The position numbers were made by a program, and so were the translations under genes. Shown one piece after another: positions 61,959 to 64,000 of a stretch of DNA of 64,000 bases (its first letter is position 1; every line of letters begins with the position of its first letter). The notes beneath the pieces are model-generated. The model searched no databases. It was not told the origin of the DNA and worked only from the letters and a program-made list of their open reading frames with translations. This stretch comes from Planctomycetota bacterium. GTDB lineage: Bacteria; Planctomycetota; UBA11346. The stretch is from NCBI GenBank assembly GCA_038318565.1, contig JBBQCI010000001.1, positions 42,724 to 106,723 of the forward strand, in the 5' to 3' direction.

Positions 61959-62675
61959 TCAGGACTTACGCTTCTTCGATGGAGTCTTGGGCTCCAGTGC
62001 ACCCTGCTCGGTGGCTTCGCCGATATCCTTCTTCTTGTGCACCTTGGTGACGCTGATCAGGTCCTCTTGGCGGACATACGTCTTGATCACCTTGACCTTG
62101 GCCTTCAGCCCTTTGGGCGTTGGGCTGTTCCAACGGTCGATCAGGCCCTTCTTGAAGTCGTTGTAGCGCGCTATCGACTCGGTGATGATCTGGTGGGCCA
62201 TCAGGCGGTCTTCCCAGCCGTAGGTGTCCGACTTCTTGCCTTCTAACTCCTTGTAGATGTTGAAGAAGTAGTCGATTTCCGAGAGGTAATGCTTGGCCAG
62301 GTGCTGCAGTCCATGAACCTCACGCAGGCGTGGATCGTTGACCGGCACGGCCAGAACCTTGTGGTCGAGTCCAGCGTCGTCACGCATGACCAGCACACCA
62401 ACCGGACGGACCTCAATGAGACAGCCGGGAAAGGTGTCGTGCTCGACGATCACGACCACGTCGAGCGGGTCGCCGTCCTCAGACAAGGTGCGCGGGAAGA
62501 AGCCGTAGGCGCCAGGGTAGTGGACCGGGCTGTACAGCGTCCGGTCCAGCCGGAAGACGTTCAGTTCCTTGTCGTACTCATACTTGTTCGATGATCCTTT
62601 GGGAATCTCGATGATGGCGTTGAGGACGTGGGGGACGTCAGGACCGGTCGGAATGTCGTCGAGGTAGCTACGCAT
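61959..62675 (-). CDS. ppa: inorganic pyrophosphatase (family I) with a Lys-rich C-terminal extension
   Basis: The core reads VLNAIIEIPKGSSNKYEYDKELNVFRLDRTLYSPVHYPGAYGFFPRTLSEDGDPLDVVV. The roughly 60-aa tail is ...KVHKKKDIGEATEQGALEPKTPSKKRKS. Confidence 0.85.
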   Translation of the reverse strand: MRSYLDDIPTGPDVPHVLNAIIEIPKGSSNKYEYDKELNVFRLDRTLYSPVHYPGAYGFFPRTLSEDGDPLDVVVIVEHDTFPGCLIEVRPVGVLVMRDDAGLDHKVLAVPVNDPRLREVHGLQHLAKHYLSEIDYFFNIYKELEGKKSDTYGWEDRLMAHQIITESIARYNDFKKGLIDRWNSPTPKGLKAKVKVIKTYVRQEDLISVTKVHKKKDIGEATEQGALEPKTPSKKRKS

Positions 62676-62754
62676 GGCGATGTCCTACCGCATCGGGGAA
62701 GGCCAGACAACCGCATCCGTTGCATGGATCCGCCGCCTCCCATGACAGTCTCTC

Positions 62755-63030
62755 ATGCGTCGCCTCCTCGCAGTTCTTGCCCTCGTCCTCGTTTGCACCA
62801 GTTGCAATGACCGCCTGCCGCTCACCCACCTCGAGGCGAGTGCCGCTGCGCGCAACTGGTGCATTCGTGAAGTCTTACCCTGGGGCGACCCGGTGATCGT
62901 CACCGGACCCGGGCCCGAAGACGCCGATAAACGCTTGTGGTATACGGTACGATTCGCCGCGCCGAAGGATGGCCCCCCGCGCGTACTGCTGGTCAACAGC
63001 GCATCGGGATGGGTCAAGCGGGCGCCATAG
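62755..63030 (+). CDS. hypothetical small secreted protein
   Basis: 91 aa. It has a signal peptide MRRLLAVLALVLVCTSC. No family recognised. Confidence 0.35.
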   Translation: MRRLLAVLALVLVCTSCNDRLPLTHLEASAAARNWCIREVLPWGDPVIVTGPGPEDADKRLWYTVRFAAPKDGPPRVLLVNSASGWVKRAP

Positions 63031-63047
63031 GCGAAGGGGCGCGGATT

Positions 63048-64000
63048 GTGCATCCTCTCGTCCGGCTGCTGTCGCTCTATCGTGACCACCTGGGTCTGGC
63101 CACCAGCGTCGTGGCCGGATTGGGTCTGGTCAACCTCGCCCAGCCCGCCACGGCTTGGCTAGTCGGGCTCGCTGTCGAGGATCTGCGCTCCGGCATCGCT
63201 GTCCGACCCATGCTTGGCGGAGGTCTGGATGCCAGCGGAGCCTGGACCTGGGTATGGATCCTGGTCGGCGTCACCGTCCTGCGCGGATTGCTGCAGTATG
63301 GCTCAACCATCATCGCGATGGTCCTCGGACAACGCCTGCTGCACACCATGCGCGATCGCCTCTTGCAGGCCGTGCAGGGCCTGGACCTCGCCTGGCATCG
63401 CCTGCATGGCGCCGGTGAGGTGATCAACCGTGCCACCCGCGACAGTGATCTGGTGCGCGACGCGATCGTCGGGGGTTCGCGCAATCTATTCGAATTAGCG
63501 TTGGTCATCCTGGGCACCGTCGGCCTGCTGCTCTACTACCATTGGCTGCTGGCACTGGTGCCCGCTCTGCTCGTCCTGGTGGCGATCGTGATCATGAAGC
63601 GGCAGGCCGCCCGGCTGGTCGCCCTCGACCGCCAGGCGGCCGCCAGCTACGACGCGGTCAGCCAGGAACTTAGCGAGGGCATCCACGGCGTACGCGTGAT
63701 CAAGGCGTTCGCCCTTGAAGATCAGCGCATCGACCGGTTCTCGGACCGGGTCGATGCTTTCACCGTCAAGGCGCGGGCTGCCGTCCGCTACACCGCGGTG
63801 CGCCTGCCGCTGCCCCAGCTGATCGTCTCGTTGGGCCATGTCTGGGTGCTCGGCTGCGGCGGCGTGCTGGTGTCCCGCGGTCAGCTGGTGCCGGGCGACC
63901 TGATCGCAGCGGTGATGGTCATCCAAGGCCTGGTCTTCCGTGTCGAAGCGATCGGTTCGCTGGTACGCATGTTCGCCGACGCCTCGTCCTCGGCCGGACG
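63048..64000 (+). CDS. ABC transporter, fused permease/ATPase (MsbA-like exporter); only the transmembrane domain is in the window (3' partial)
   Basis: The frame is open from GTG 63048 to the window end. It has six TM helices in the type I exporter TMD pattern (…LLHTMRDRLLQAVQGLDLAWH…GEVINRATRDSDLVRDAI…). It is absent from the ORF track because it has no stop codon in the window. Confidence 0.7.
   Translation, partial: MHPLVRLLSLYRDHLGLATSVVAGLGLVNLAQPATAWLVGLAVEDLRSGIAVRPMLGGGLDASGAWTWVWILVGVTVLRGLLQYGSTIIAMVLGQRLLHTMRDRLLQAVQGLDLAWHRLHGAGEVINRATRDSDLVRDAIVGGSRNLFELALVILGTVGLLLYYHWLLALVPALLVLVAIVIMKRQAARLVALDRQAAASYDAVSQELSEGIHGVRVIKAFALEDQRIDRFSDRVDAFTVKARAAVRYTAVRLPLPQLIVSLGHVWVLGCGGVLVSRGQLVPGDLIAAVMVIQGLVFRVEAIGSLVRMFADASSSAG

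Noticed and set aside
1-64000. Mobile elements, prophage, CRISPR arrays or defence islands
   Set aside because: I found no transposase, integrase or recombinase, no phage structural motifs, and no spaced direct-repeat arrays. The nuclease-like genes (uvrC homolog, exonuclease, yifB) sit in housekeeping contexts.

Overview
This is a 64-kb stretch of high-GC bacterial chromosome, roughly 66% GC by eye with strongly GC-biased third codon positions. Genes are densely packed on both strands and often overlap at ATGA or GTGA junctions. I found no rRNA, tRNA, CRISPR array, transposase or integrase. The organism appears diderm, given the LptD-like outer-membrane protein, secretins and a lipoprotein. 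The gene content (many ECF sigma factor and Ser/Thr kinase style genes, a hopanoid-type squalene synthase, giant secretins) is reminiscent of Planctomycetota, Acidobacteriota or Myxococcota, but I cannot assign a phylum from sequence alone.

The most striking region is 2.6-14.9 kb. It is a pilMNOPQ-like envelope-machine operon in which PilM is fused to PilN. It is followed by a PilO-like gene, a 630-aa proline-rich membrane protein sitting where pilP would be, and three large secretin paralogs of 733-837 aa. The three secretins run head to tail with overlapping stop and start codons. A GC-rich hairpin terminator closes the operon, and a 1016-aa Ser/Thr kinase gene sits immediately downstream. 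A single pilC/gspF gene lies 11 kb away at 26.3 kb. No pilus ATPase or pilin gene falls in the window.

The rest of the window holds ordinary housekeeping genes (sppA, yifB/comM, corA, murD, nadB with a coupled Rieske protein, ackA, ppa), an ECF sigma/anti-sigma operon, a short uvrC coupled to a PolB-exo-like exonuclease, a sugar-catabolism block (eda, an SDR, an FAD enzyme, two Gfo/Idh/MocA oxidoreductases, a TIM-barrel isomerase, an AraC regulator), and a response-regulator/histidine-kinase operon with two PDZ-only proteins. A conserved AT-rich palindrome (core GATCATATATGAT) occurs upstream of two operons in the sugar block. A 14-mer TCCGTTGCATGGAT is shared by the upstream regions of ackA and ppa.
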